DNA of 64,000 bases, taken from positions 1,306,720 to 1,370,719 of the forward strand of contig CAWITO010000009.1 in NCBI GenBank assembly GCA_963839075.1, given 5' to 3'. The DNA comes from an uncultured Acidobacteriaceae bacterium. Its GTDB lineage: Bacteria; Acidobacteriota; Terriglobia; Terriglobales; Acidobacteriaceae. The position numbers and the translations under genes are program-made. Below the pieces are notes generated by a model. It worked only from the letters and a program-made list of their open reading frames with translations, searched no databases and was not told the DNA's origin. How positions within the stretch are numbered: position 1 is the stretch's first letter; each line of letters opens with the position of its first letter. Below are positions 18,482-27,665 of this stretch, one piece after another.

Positions 18482-19006
18482 TCAGAGGAAAATCTGTGAA
18501 GCAAAATCCCGGTTCGCCAGGGAATAGTTTTCGACACTGCCCGCGATCGATGCCATGGCGTGGATCTCTTGTGTCGGCATCACCATCGAGATCTTTTTAT
18601 GTACATAGCTCCAGACAAACCAGCTCAGGCCGGCAACCAGGAGGAGCAGTAATCCGATGCCCGTCCAGCGCAGCCGCTGATCCGGGCCGCGGCCCTCGCG
18701 CCCACTGCTGCGCGCTTTGCTGGCGTTCTCCGCGAAGCGCATCCAGCCGTCTTCATCGCTGGTCGATTGGTGCGCTGAGAGGTAGCGTCCCACCCACTCA
18801 TCCTGGTCGAGGCCGACCACGCGGGCATACTCCCGCACCATGCTCTTGTTGAATACGCCGCCCGGGAGCTGATTGAAGTGTTCCTGTTCCAGGGCTACGA
18901 GGTGATGATTGCTGATTTTAGTGTCGCGCGTGATGGCGTCCAGCGTGATCCCGCGGAACTCCCGTTCCTGCCGTAATGTGTCTCCAAAATTACCCATACA
19001 TGACAC
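18482..19006 (-). CDS. RodZ-like HTH membrane protein (short form)
   Basis: GDTLRQEREFRGITLDAITRDTKISNHHLVALEQEHFNQLPGGVFNKSMVREYARVVGLD is an HTH_25/RodZ-type N-terminus. One TM span follows (IGLLLLLVAGLSWFVW). The periplasmic tail is short. Confidence 0.6.
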   Translation of the reverse strand: MSCMGNFGDTLRQEREFRGITLDAITRDTKISNHHLVALEQEHFNQLPGGVFNKSMVREYARVVGLDQDEWVGRYLSAHQSTSDEDGWMRFAENASKARSSGREGRGPDQRLRWTGIGLLLLLVAGLSWFVWSYVHKKISMVMPTQEIHAMASIAGSVENYSLANRDFASQIFL

Positions 19007-19219
19007 CCATCGATAGAAGCGATGGCTTCACCGAAAGCAAGGAAGGTAAGCTGTCACCCTCAACCATAAGGCTGCTCCACTATGCGGTCAAAAGCAAATC
19101 CTTATAGCCTTTCGTTTGTGCGTCCTACAGCATCATTGAAGTAACTGAAACCTGATTGCCTGAGAACAACTAAGCCATTTCCTTAATTTTGCTACACTCG
19201 CCACAGTCAGGCGAATAGC

Positions 19220-20323
19220 ATGAATAGGTTAGTGATTGGTAATTTGTTGCACCGGCCCTTGCGTTCGGGTATCAGCATCCTCGCTGTTGCGATCGAAGTC
19301 GCCATGATCCTCTCCATCGTAGGAATCATGTTGGGCCAAATAAACGGGGCTCGCACCCAGACGGTCGGTATCGGTGCGGACCTGATCGTTCGCCCTCCCA
19401 ATGAAAGCTTTCTCACCGGCGTGAGCGGTGCGCCGGTGCCGGCGAAAGTGGCCGATATTCTTCGTCGTTTGCCCCATGTGGCGGCTGCCTCACCGGTCAT
19501 ACAACATTTGAGTGTCGGCAGCGCGGTTGAGACCGTCTGGGGCATCGATTATTCCAGTTTTAATGCACTACGCCCCTTCAAGTTTATCGCCGGCGGCCCG
19601 TTCCAGGATGCCAACGACGTGATCGTGGATGACGTCTTTGCCCGTGCCGACAAGCACTACTCCGTCGGCGATACGATCTCTCTGCTCGACCACAACTTTC
19701 GTATCAGCGGCATCGTTGAGCATGGCAAGGGCGGGCGCAAGTTTCTGCCCATCCGCACTTTGGGTGCGCTCATCGGCGCGGAAAACAACGCCACTCTTTT
19801 CTTCGTGAAGAGCGATGACATGCAGAATCAGCAGCTGATCAAGCAGGAGATCCACGAGCTGCCCGGTATGTTGCAATACCAGGTGCAGACCATCGACGAG
19901 TGGCTCTCGTTGATGACCCCCGAGCATATCCCTGCCTTTAGTAACGCGCTGCACGTCGTGATTGCGATTGCGGTGGTGGTGGGCTTTATCGTTATCTTTC
20001 AGGCAATGTACACCGCGGTGCTCGAGAGGACGCGCGAGATCGGCATCCTTAAGTCGTTGGGAGCGTCTCAGTTCTACATCGTGAATCTGGTCTTGCGAGA
20101 GACTGCCTTTCTCTCCCTGGTAGGCATTGTTTTGGGCATTGCCGTGACCTTCGTACTGAAGGCAATCATGAACAATCGCTTTCCCACGCTCCCATTCCCC
20201 GTCAGCGCCGGTTGGCTCATTTCGGCGACGATCATCGCGTTTGTGGGTGCTTTGGTGGGTGCGAGCTATCCCGCGTTGAAGGCGGCGAACAAAGACCCGA
20301 TCGAGGCTCTCGCCTACGAATAG
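19220..20323 (+). CDS. ABC transporter permease, FtsX/MacB type
   Basis: 367 aa. One N-terminal TM span, a large periplasmic domain, then three C-terminal TM spans with REIGILKSLGAS (FtsX-like motif). No ATPase gene is adjacent. Confidence 0.8.
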   Translation: MNRLVIGNLLHRPLRSGISILAVAIEVAMILSIVGIMLGQINGARTQTVGIGADLIVRPPNESFLTGVSGAPVPAKVADILRRLPHVAAASPVIQHLSVGSAVETVWGIDYSSFNALRPFKFIAGGPFQDANDVIVDDVFARADKHYSVGDTISLLDHNFRISGIVEHGKGGRKFLPIRTLGALIGAENNATLFFVKSDDMQNQQLIKQEIHELPGMLQYQVQTIDEWLSLMTPEHIPAFSNALHVVIAIAVVVGFIVIFQAMYTAVLERTREIGILKSLGASQFYIVNLVLRETAFLSLVGIVLGIAVTFVLKAIMNNRFPTLPFPVSAGWLISATIIAFVGALVGASYPALKAANKDPIEALAYE

Positions 20324-20349
20324 TGCAGTGACGTGGGGACGTCCCTGCA
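20324..20349. terminator. Hairpin between convergent permease and ankyrin genes
   Basis: TGCAG-T-GACGT, loop GGGG, ACGTC-C-CTGCA: 10 bp plus one mismatch. No U-run, so terminator function is uncertain. Confidence 0.3.
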
Positions 20350-20360
20350 GAATTCGCTGG

Positions 20361-20996
20361 CTAAAGCAACGCCAGTACTGCGTCGTGCCCGCGCTCGCGG
20401 GCATAGTCGGCCGGTGTTTTGCCCTGATCGCAGCGCGCTGCCGGGTTTGCGCCAGCCGCCAGCAGAATGCGGGTCATCTCCTCCAGCCCGGCTGCTGCAG
20501 CCTGATGGAGCGGTGTGTAACCCCCGGCCTGGGCAGCATTGATATCCGCGCCATGGGCAAGCAGTAGACGAACCGTTTCCGGATTTCGTCCCAGCGCGAT
20601 GCAGGCATGCAATGGCTGGTTCCGCATTGGATTTCGCGAAACCTGCTTCACATCGGCGCCGTGCTGTAGCAGCAAAGCGGTGGCCTCCGGTCCCCCGAAG
20701 GCGGCAGCCAGGTGCAGCGGTGTCCACCCGTCTGCCGAAGTTTCGTGAACTCCCTGATCCAGTACCGGCTGCATGCGGCCGCAATCCCCCAGAGCAGAAG
20801 CTTCGAACAGATCCAGCGACGGCAGGTGCGCCAGCAGAAAATCGCGAATCAGCGGCTGCCCGACATAAATACTCCACAAAAAAGCCGAGACGCCCTGGGC
20901 GTCTCGGCTAGCAACCAATGAAGGCTCTTCTTCCGCCGCGGTAGCGACTTCTGCCGTCTTCCCGTTGCGGATGAGGTTGAGAAAACGCTGGCTCAC
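20361..20996 (-). CDS. Ankyrin-repeat protein
   Basis: Repeats DGWTPLHLAAAFGGPEATALLLQHGADV, QPLHACIALGRNPETVRLLLAHGADINA and GYTPLHQAAAAGLEEMTRILLAAGANP. GTG start overlaps the upstream stop (GTGA). Confidence 0.8.
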   Translation of the reverse strand: MSQRFLNLIRNGKTAEVATAAEEEPSLVASRDAQGVSAFLWSIYVGQPLIRDFLLAHLPSLDLFEASALGDCGRMQPVLDQGVHETSADGWTPLHLAAAFGGPEATALLLQHGADVKQVSRNPMRNQPLHACIALGRNPETVRLLLAHGADINAAQAGGYTPLHQAAAAGLEEMTRILLAAGANPAARCDQGKTPADYARERGHDAVLALL

Positions 20997-22066
20997 CGGT
21001 TCAGACTAGCACCGCTTTCGCCGACGGAAGCCGACAGCACGGCGTTCCTTGCGCCCACACCCACCGAACCGGGTTGAGTTCCGCTTGAGTAAATGCGGAA
21101 GGTGACGACCAGGTCGATCACCACCGGTACGGCTTGCCCGTTCAGGGTTGCAGGCCGGAAGCGCGAGTTCCTAACGGCGTCTACCGCCCTCTCGTCCAGG
21201 CCGAAACCGATCGGACGGTCAATCGCGATTTGCCGCGGAACTCCCGTGGCGTCGACCACGGTGCGCAATACATCCATGCCCGCGATACCAAACTGCTGCG
21301 CGTATTCATTGGAGGTCGGGTCGATGGTGTTCAGAACCTTGGGCGCCGTCACGCCTTCGCCCACCATCTTGATGGCGGCATCCGACGGCATAAAGGAACG
21401 GTGTTGGCTCTGGCTGGTGAAGTATTCCTGCCAGTAATCCGGTAGGCGGGAAAGCATTTTGGGATCGATATCGCCGGCGAAGACGCTATCCAGAGCCTTG
21501 CTCATGAGCATCGAGCTGTGCTCGGGAGACACACTTTCGACGGCGGGTGCGTTGGTGGCCGGCTTGGGCGCATCCGCGACCTGCTTCTTTTCTTTCTCCT
21601 TCTTCACCTTGGGAGTCACGATGACCTCCCGATCAATCGAAATGTGCACCGGCTTCTTGGAGATCTTCACCTTATCGAAGGACTTGCTGTTGTCTTCATA
21701 CGGTACTGCGGACAGGAAGTGCAGCCCGTAGCGGTCTGCTTCAATCTCCAGCTTGCGCTTGGAGAGCTTCACCTTATTGATTTTCAAAGCAGAAAGGGTG
21801 AAGGAACCCGTTGCCGGGGAGCCGTTGACTTTGCCGTTGATATCGAAGCTTAGGTCATCGCCCAGAAAGGACTCGCGCAGAAAGATGAACTTTCCGACGT
21901 ACCGGGCGCGGAGCGCATCCTCGGTCAGCGGTGAAGCGGAAAGCGCGACGACGGCTGCCGGTGCAGGAGCCACAGGGGCGGCCGTCTGCTGGCCGTCGAG
22001 GAATGGGGTGAAGACAAGGCAGAAAAGGGCCGTGGCCAGGTAGGGTTGCTTAAGCAGTGCGAACAT
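20993..22066 (-). CDS. Secreted protein with C-terminal TonB-like domain
   Basis: Signal peptide, then the C-terminus GIAGMDVLRTVVDATGVPRQIAIDRPIGFGLDERAVDAVRNSRFRPATLNGQAVPVVIDLVVTF, a TonB_C pattern. Confidence 0.7.
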   Translation of the reverse strand: MFALLKQPYLATALFCLVFTPFLDGQQTAAPVAPAPAAVVALSASPLTEDALRARYVGKFIFLRESFLGDDLSFDINGKVNGSPATGSFTLSALKINKVKLSKRKLEIEADRYGLHFLSAVPYEDNSKSFDKVKISKKPVHISIDREVIVTPKVKKEKEKKQVADAPKPATNAPAVESVSPEHSSMLMSKALDSVFAGDIDPKMLSRLPDYWQEYFTSQSQHRSFMPSDAAIKMVGEGVTAPKVLNTIDPTSNEYAQQFGIAGMDVLRTVVDATGVPRQIAIDRPIGFGLDERAVDAVRNSRFRPATLNGQAVPVVIDLVVTFRIYSSGTQPGSVGVGARNAVLSASVGESGASLNR

Positions 22067-22108
22067 CGAAGGGATCTCCTTAGCTCGTCGAGCCGGAGAC
22101 CAGTTACG

Positions 22109-22309
22109 TCAGCCGGTGACTCGAGTGCCGGTAGTGCGGTTATGCGCCAGCCAGCTGGTGGGAATGCCTGTCCGGGTCGCATGCGACTCGGCTGAAGTGG
22201 TGAGCGGTTGGGCCTGAGCGTTTTCTGCCATGAGCAGGATGGCCAGGGCCAGCAACAATCCGATACGGATCAACACAGCTACCAGGGATTCAGAGGCACG
22301 TTGTGTCAT
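22109..22309 (-). CDS. Possible small signal-peptide/TM protein upstream of the TonB_C gene
   Basis: MTQRASESLVAVLIRIGLLLALAILLMAENAQAQP... Supported only by an ORF with a hydrophobic segment. Confidence 0.3.
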   Translation of the reverse strand: MTQRASESLVAVLIRIGLLLALAILLMAENAQAQPLTTSAESHATRTGIPTSWLAHNRTTGTRVTG

Positions 22310-22663
22310 AACGAGGGGGGAACCTCCGCTAATATGCAAATCGAGCGTAGGGCCTTTGGAATGAGGGGGAAATGCCTCTTTTGTGCGCGAGTGGTAACCC
22401 CGCGCCGGTTGACTCCATGGCCCGAATGCGTTACTCTGAGCTTCTTGCGCAGTGCCGCGTCCGGCCCACAGTAGTCGCCCCTAGCCTGCCAGGAAAGCGA
22501 ACCGAAGAAGCGCTTTGAGCGAATTGCACCGCTCGAAAATCAATCTTCGCCACTCAAGCGATTCTGAACCTTTCGTTTGCGGGAGAGCAGTTGGCAGCCG
22601 CGAAGTTTCTGCGGTGCGCGTTCTGCTTGTTCCGAACGAGGTTCGTTTGGAGAACTGGTTACG

Positions 22664-23101
22664 ATGTCTACGTACTTCCCGAGTTCGCACGATATTACCC
22701 GCAAATGGTTCGTCATTGATGCCAGCGGCAAGACTCTGGGCCGTCTGGCCACCAAAGCCGCCAGCATGCTGGCGGGCAAGGACAATCCCAAATACACCCC
22801 GTTTATTGACGTAGGCGATCACGTCATTGTCCTCAATGCGGAAAAGATCGTGCTTACCGGCCTCAAGAGCCAGCAAAAGCTCTATCGCCGCTACACCGGC
22901 TTTCCCGGTGGTCTGCGCGAAGAGTCGTTTGTCCGCCTCTTGGCGCGGCGCCCGGAAAAGATCGTTGAAGATGCCATCAAGGGCATGCTGCCCAAGAACA
23001 AGATGGGCCGGCAGATGGGCACCAAGCTGAAGGTCTACAAGGGCGACAAGCATCCCCACCAGGCACAACAGCCTGAAGTTTTGGAGTTGGCCGCCCGCTA
23101 A
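22664..23101 (+). CDS. rplM: 50S ribosomal protein L13
   Basis: [61 protein letters not shown]...; start taken at the internal ATG 22664 of the track ORF. Confidence 0.95.
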   Translation: MSTYFPSSHDITRKWFVIDASGKTLGRLATKAASMLAGKDNPKYTPFIDVGDHVIVLNAEKIVLTGLKSQQKLYRRYTGFPGGLREESFVRLLARRPEKIVEDAIKGMLPKNKMGRQMGTKLKVYKGDKHPHQAQQPEVLELAAR

Positions 23102-23137
23102 GCGGATGGCCTAGTGAAACGAGAGAATAGGACGGAC

Positions 23138-23533
23138 ATGGCAGATTTGGTTCAGTATTACGGAACAGGGCGGCGCAAGGCCAGCGTAGCGCGCGTCTTC
23201 CTGCGCCCCGGCAGCGGCAACTTCGTCGTTAATTCGAAGCCCTTTGAAACCTATTTTGTGACCGTCGAACAGCGGGTTTCCGCCAAGCGGCCGTTGGAGT
23301 TGACCGAGCACACTGCCAATTTCGACGTGCTGGCCACGGTCAAGGGTGGGGGCGTCTCCGCCCAGGCGGATGCGGTCAAGATGGGTATTGCCCGAGCCTT
23401 GCTCGAGGTCAACGCGGAGCTGCGCAAGACCTTAAAAGCAGACGGGTTGCTGTCTCGCGATGCGCGTATCAAGGAACGGAAGAAGTATGGGCAGAAGGGC
23501 GCCCGTAAGCGGTTCCAGTTCAGCAAGCGCTAA
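23138..23533 (+). CDS. rpsI: 30S ribosomal protein S9
   Basis: [27 protein letters not shown]...[21 protein letters not shown] lies 6 nt upstream of ATG 23138. Confidence 0.95.
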   Translation: MADLVQYYGTGRRKASVARVFLRPGSGNFVVNSKPFETYFVTVEQRVSAKRPLELTEHTANFDVLATVKGGGVSAQADAVKMGIARALLEVNAELRKTLKADGLLSRDARIKERKKYGQKGARKRFQFSKR

Positions 23534-23602
23534 TTCAACTTATCCTTCCCGCAAGGGAAATCAATTCCGGCCGTGCCGGAATGCACTTCAAGAGGAGGTA
23601 GT

Positions 23603-24499
23603 TTGGCCACAATTACGATGAAGGAACTGCTCGAAGCAGGCGTTCACTTCGGACACCAGACCAAGCGTTGGAACCCGCGGATGAAGGAATACATCTTCGG
23701 CGAGCGCAACGGAATTTACATCATCGATCTGCAGAAGACCTTGAAGATGTTCAAGGAAGCCAGCAAGTTTGTCACCGATCTAACCGGACAGGGCAAAGTA
23801 ATCCTTTTTGTCGGCACCAAGAGACAAGCCCAGGACGCGATCGCAGAAGAGGCAAACCGATGCGGCATGTTCTACATCAACCAGCGCTGGCTGGGTGGAC
23901 TGCTCACCAACTGGATCACCGTACAAAAGTCAGTTAAGCGCCTCCAGGAACTGGACGAGATGGCCACCGATGGCCGTTATGAGCTGCTGACCAAGAAAGA
24001 AGTCATTCGTCTCGAGCGCGAGCGCAAGCATCTGCAGGCCAATCTGGCCGGTATCAAGAACATGCGCCGCTTGCCGGATGCTCTCTTCGTCGTCGATTCC
24101 AACAACGAAGCAATTGCCGTCAAGGAAGCCCGCAAGCTGGGTATTCCGGTTGTGGCTGTAGTTGATACCAACTGCGACCCCACGGTTGTGGATTATGTAA
24201 TACCGGGCAACGATGACGCCCTGCGCGCCATTCGTCTCTTCACCTCGAAGATCTCTGACTCGGTGGTGGAAGGTGTACAGATGGCAGGCGAAAAGCGTGC
24301 AAGCGATGCCGGCGTCACTGCCGACGAGCAGCTTGAGACTTCGCCGGTAGAAGTGTCGGGCCTCGAAGCCGGCGCGGATGAGCCGGCTGGCGATGGGGAA
24401 GTGGTCGACCTGGAAGCAGCACTGGGTGGAGGTATTCGCAAGGCCCCGGGTGTGATTACGTCCGTCGATGAGCCGGAAGTAGCTGAGCGCACGATCTAA
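23603..24499 (+). CDS. rpsB: 30S ribosomal protein S2 (with acidic C-terminal tail)
   Basis: (M)[42 protein letters not shown]... I prefer TTG 23603, which lies just after GGAGG. Confidence 0.95.
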   Translation: MATITMKELLEAGVHFGHQTKRWNPRMKEYIFGERNGIYIIDLQKTLKMFKEASKFVTDLTGQGKVILFVGTKRQAQDAIAEEANRCGMFYINQRWLGGLLTNWITVQKSVKRLQELDEMATDGRYELLTKKEVIRLERERKHLQANLAGIKNMRRLPDALFVVDSNNEAIAVKEARKLGIPVVAVVDTNCDPTVVDYVIPGNDDALRAIRLFTSKISDSVVEGVQMAGEKRASDAGVTADEQLETSPVEVSGLEAGADEPAGDGEVVDLEAALGGGIRKAPGVITSVDEPEVAERTI

Positions 24500-24527
24500 C
24501 TAATCAAAGCAAAGGAATCGCAAGAGG

Positions 24528-25178
24528 ATGTCTACCGTGACTGAGAATATTTCTGCCGCCCAGGTTAAGGAGCTTCGGGAGAAGACCGGCGCGCCGATGA
24601 TGGACTGCCGCAATGCGCTCGCGGAAGCCAAGGGCGACCTGGAGCAGGCAGTTGTCGTACTTCGCAAGAAGGGCATGGCGTCTGCGGCCAAGAAGGCGTC
24701 GCGCAGCACTTCCGAAGGATCTGTGGGGACCTATATTCACGCCGGCGGCAAGATCGGCGTGCTGATTGAGATCAACTGCGAGAGCGACTTCGTAGCCCGT
24801 ACCGAGGACTTCCAGGAGCTGCTGAAGGATATTTCCATGCATATCGCAGCGACCGATCCCCGCTACATTCGGCGCGAAGACGTGACTGCAGAAGACCTGG
24901 AGCGGGAGAAGGACATTTATCGTTCGCAGGCAGCGGCGACCGGCAAGCCGGCCCCCGTGATTGAGAAGATTGTGGAAGGCAAGATGAGCAAGTTCTACGA
25001 GGAAGTTTGCTTGCTCGATCAGCCTTTCATTAAGGATCAATCGTTTGCCATCAAGGACTTGATTGCGCAGAAGATCGGTAAGCTGGGTGAGAACCTGAGC
25101 GTCCGCCGCTTTGCTCGCTTCAAGGTCGGCGATCCCGTCTGGACAGTGGCTCAGATCAAGCCGAACGCAGCGGAATAG
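24528..25178 (+). CDS. tsf: Elongation factor Ts (short form)
   Basis: ISAAQVKELREKTGAPMMDCRNALAEAKGDLEQAVVVLRKKG... is the UBA-like EF-Ts N-terminus. 216 aa. Confidence 0.95.
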   Translation: MSTVTENISAAQVKELREKTGAPMMDCRNALAEAKGDLEQAVVVLRKKGMASAAKKASRSTSEGSVGTYIHAGGKIGVLIEINCESDFVARTEDFQELLKDISMHIAATDPRYIRREDVTAEDLEREKDIYRSQAAATGKPAPVIEKIVEGKMSKFYEEVCLLDQPFIKDQSFAIKDLIAQKIGKLGENLSVRRFARFKVGDPVWTVAQIKPNAAE

Positions 25179-25198
25179 TACGAACCTAAGACCTGACC

Positions 25199-25224
25199 GG
25201 GCCGGGAGAAATCCCGGCCCTTTT
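25199..25224 (+). terminator. Rho-independent terminator after tsf
   Basis: GGGCCGGGA, loop GAAA, TCCCGGCCC, followed by TTTTCATTTT. Confidence 0.85.
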
Positions 25225-25310
25225 CATTTTGGGGACGTGCCATTTTCTCGATCTATAGCACCCCGAGCGAGGGATAGAAGCCCCTGTCGGATGTGCGATA
25301 CTTTGCATGA

Positions 25311-26015
25311 ATGTACAAGAGAGTCCTGCTCAAACTATCGGGCGAAGCGCTGGCGGCTGACCGCGGCTTCGGTGTGGATGTCGCCAAGCTCCATGAGATT
25401 TCCATGGAGATTCTGGCCGTTCGGGAACTGGGCGTGGAAGTCGCAATCGTCGTGGGCGGGGGCAACTTCTTCCGCGGCGTAGCCGAACAGGCGCGCATGA
25501 TGGACCGCGTCTCCGCCGACCAGATGGGGATGCTGGCGACCGTCATTAATTCGCTCGCATTACAGGATGCCCTGGAGAAGTGTGGCGTGCAGACCCGTGT
25601 CATGTCGGCCATCGAAATGAACCAGGTGGCAGAGCCGTACATCCGTCGGCGGGCCATCCGTCATTTGGAGAAGGGGCGTGTGGTCATTTTTGCCGCCGGC
25701 CTCGGAAATCCGTACTTTTCCACAGATACGGCCGCCTCATTGCGAGCCATGGAGATCAAGGCAGACGTCTTACTAAAGGCCACGAAAGTGGAAGGGATTT
25801 ATGACGCAGATCCTGTTATTACCAAAGACGCAGTCAAGTTCGAGCAGATTACCTACATGGAAATTCTGCGGCTGGGTCTCAAGGTAATGGACAGCACGGC
25901 CGTAAGTCTTTGTAAGGACAATAACTTGCCCATGATCATCTTCAACATGAACCGGCCCGGTAACATCCTGCGGGTGGTGAGCGGAGAAAAGGTCGGGTCC
26001 CTGGTGACCGCCTGA
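25311..26015 (+). CDS. pyrH: UMP kinase
   Basis: [15 protein letters not shown]...[11 protein letters not shown]...[17 protein letters not shown]... Confidence 0.95.
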   Translation: MYKRVLLKLSGEALAADRGFGVDVAKLHEISMEILAVRELGVEVAIVVGGGNFFRGVAEQARMMDRVSADQMGMLATVINSLALQDALEKCGVQTRVMSAIEMNQVAEPYIRRRAIRHLEKGRVVIFAAGLGNPYFSTDTAASLRAMEIKADVLLKATKVEGIYDADPVITKDAVKFEQITYMEILRLGLKVMDSTAVSLCKDNNLPMIIFNMNRPGNILRVVSGEKVGSLVTA

Positions 26016-26101
26016 CGCCGCTCAGCACACTTGCGGAGCCCCCACCGGCAGTAAGGGCCACAGAAAGATCGGCTCAGGCAATACAAGCTCCAGCAGGCCC
26101 G

Positions 26102-27226
26102 GTGCTGGTGCAGGTGGCTGCGGTTTCAGCGCCGCGGCGTGGGCAGCTCCCGGCTCTGACAGGCATTCGTTGTTTCGCTGCGCTCAATCTTGTTTTTTTC
26201 CATTTTGCCGATCCGCATTCCTTTGGGCCTTTGCGCCCGGTCGTGAACGGCGGCTACATCTCGGTCAGCTTCTTCCTGCTGCTTTCCGGCTTCATCCTTA
26301 CCTACAACTACGCCGACCGTGCCCAGGAGGGTGCGCTTTCGGCGCGTAGTTTCTGGGCCGCTCGCTTTTCTCGGCTCTACCCGGTGTATATCTTCAGCCT
26401 CGTGCTCTCGGCCGGGATGCTGGCGCAGGAGGTACAGGCTCATACCCGCTTGGACTTCGGCCTCGGTGTCGTTCTCACCCCATTGCTGTTGCAGGGATGG
26501 CATCCGTCGCTTGAGACCTTCTGGAACACGCCTGCCTGGACCATGTCCACGGAGGCCTTCTTCTACCTCCTGTTCCCCTGGTTGATTACCCGCCGGCGTC
26601 CACGCCAGGTGCGGACCATTCTGTACATCCTGGTTGGCCTGTGGCTTGCCGGCCTGGTCCTTCCTGCCCTCTATATGCACTACAACCCGGATGGCGATGT
26701 GCATCCCGATCGTTATTCCGTGGGTATCTGGATGCGGGCGCTGAAGTTCATGCCGTTGCAGCATGTGCCTTCGTTTCTCTTTGGCATGGCTCTGGGCTTG
26801 TTGAACGAGAAAATTCGCCCCGAGAGCCGCAAGCGGCTGATCGTCGGAATCTTCGCCTTTGCCGGCCTCTACCTGATTCTTTGCGTGGGCGACCGGTTGC
26901 CGTACGCGATGATGCATGACGGTTTATTGATGCCTCTATTCGCAGGAGTCATCCTGTGCCTGGCAGGGCGCAACCTGGTGGCGCGATTCTTCGGACTGCT
27001 TCCGTTCATCGCCATTGGTGAAGCGAGTTATTGCCTCTACCTGTTGCATTTCAATCTATGGGAAATGCTGCACGATTCCCACCTGTTGGAGAAAAGCGGC
27101 CTGATCGTATTCGATCCCTGGATTTCGTATCTGTTGCTGGTGATCGCGGCTCTGCTGACCAAGAAGCTCATCGAGCGGCCCGGCAGAAGCTGGATCAGCC
27201 GCCGCCTCCAACCACTCGCGCGCTAG
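26102..27226 (+). CDS. Acyltransferase family 3 (OafA-like) membrane protein
   Basis: LPALTGIRCFAALNLVFFHF plus about 10 TM spans. The late ...GEASYCLYLLHF motif is typical of acyltransferase_3. Confidence 0.8.
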   Translation: MLVQVAAVSAPRRGQLPALTGIRCFAALNLVFFHFADPHSFGPLRPVVNGGYISVSFFLLLSGFILTYNYADRAQEGALSARSFWAARFSRLYPVYIFSLVLSAGMLAQEVQAHTRLDFGLGVVLTPLLLQGWHPSLETFWNTPAWTMSTEAFFYLLFPWLITRRRPRQVRTILYILVGLWLAGLVLPALYMHYNPDGDVHPDRYSVGIWMRALKFMPLQHVPSFLFGMALGLLNEKIRPESRKRLIVGIFAFAGLYLILCVGDRLPYAMMHDGLLMPLFAGVILCLAGRNLVARFFGLLPFIAIGEASYCLYLLHFNLWEMLHDSHLLEKSGLIVFDPWISYLLLVIAALLTKKLIERPGRSWISRRLQPLAR

Positions 27227-27532
27227 CGGTTGCGATAGAACAGCAGGTCCCTCCACTCCACTCCGCCACGCCCCGGTCAGGATGGCAAGGTTGTTGCAAC
27301 CTGACGCACCAATTCCTCGGCGTCGTGCAACTCTAAAAATTAAAGTCTGTCCCCACCCATTACCGTCGATGAGTTACCCCAGGCTTAATGGGTCTAATCA
27401 CTGCTTCCTAAGCCAAAATATTTCTGCTCCATGCCTTGACATGTAAGCCAAATGACCCCTTCCGTAACATCCTGGTCAACAATTTCGGGGCCTTCCAAAA
27501 AATCATTCACCTGAATACAAACTTCCACCATT

Positions 27533-27558
27533 AAAAAGTCACCCTTCTCCAGGGTGAC
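27533..27558 (-). terminator. Orphan minus-strand intrinsic terminator-like hairpin
   Basis: GTCACCCT (27538-27545) pairs with AGGGTGAC (27551-27558) around a 5-nt loop. On the minus strand it is followed directly by TTTTTAA. The nearest minus-strand gene to its right is 1.08 kb away. Confidence 0.5.
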
Positions 27559-27665
27559 TAACGACTTTCGACAGACAACAGAAACCGTAATAGTGTCGAA
27601 TCATGGTAAGGCAATACAACGCCTCGAGCCGAACTTTGCCGTCTGTCAACCTGAAGGAGCCGCCT

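Noticed and set aside
19568-20404. 278-aa minus-strand ORF
   Set aside because: It is antisense to the FtsX-type permease, whose own translation shows clear TM topology and the family motif.
22481-23068. 195-aa minus-strand ORF
   Set aside because: It is antisense to rplM and its leader. The L13 reading frame is unambiguous.
27346-27396. Possible fourth, inverted copy of the hairpin family (reverse strand CCCATTAAGCC ... TAATGGGTGGGG)
   Set aside because: Only an 11-nt 5'-arm-like match. The 3' arm and the TGGGTGS flank are missing. A match of this size is roughly what chance gives in 128 kb of two-strand sequence.
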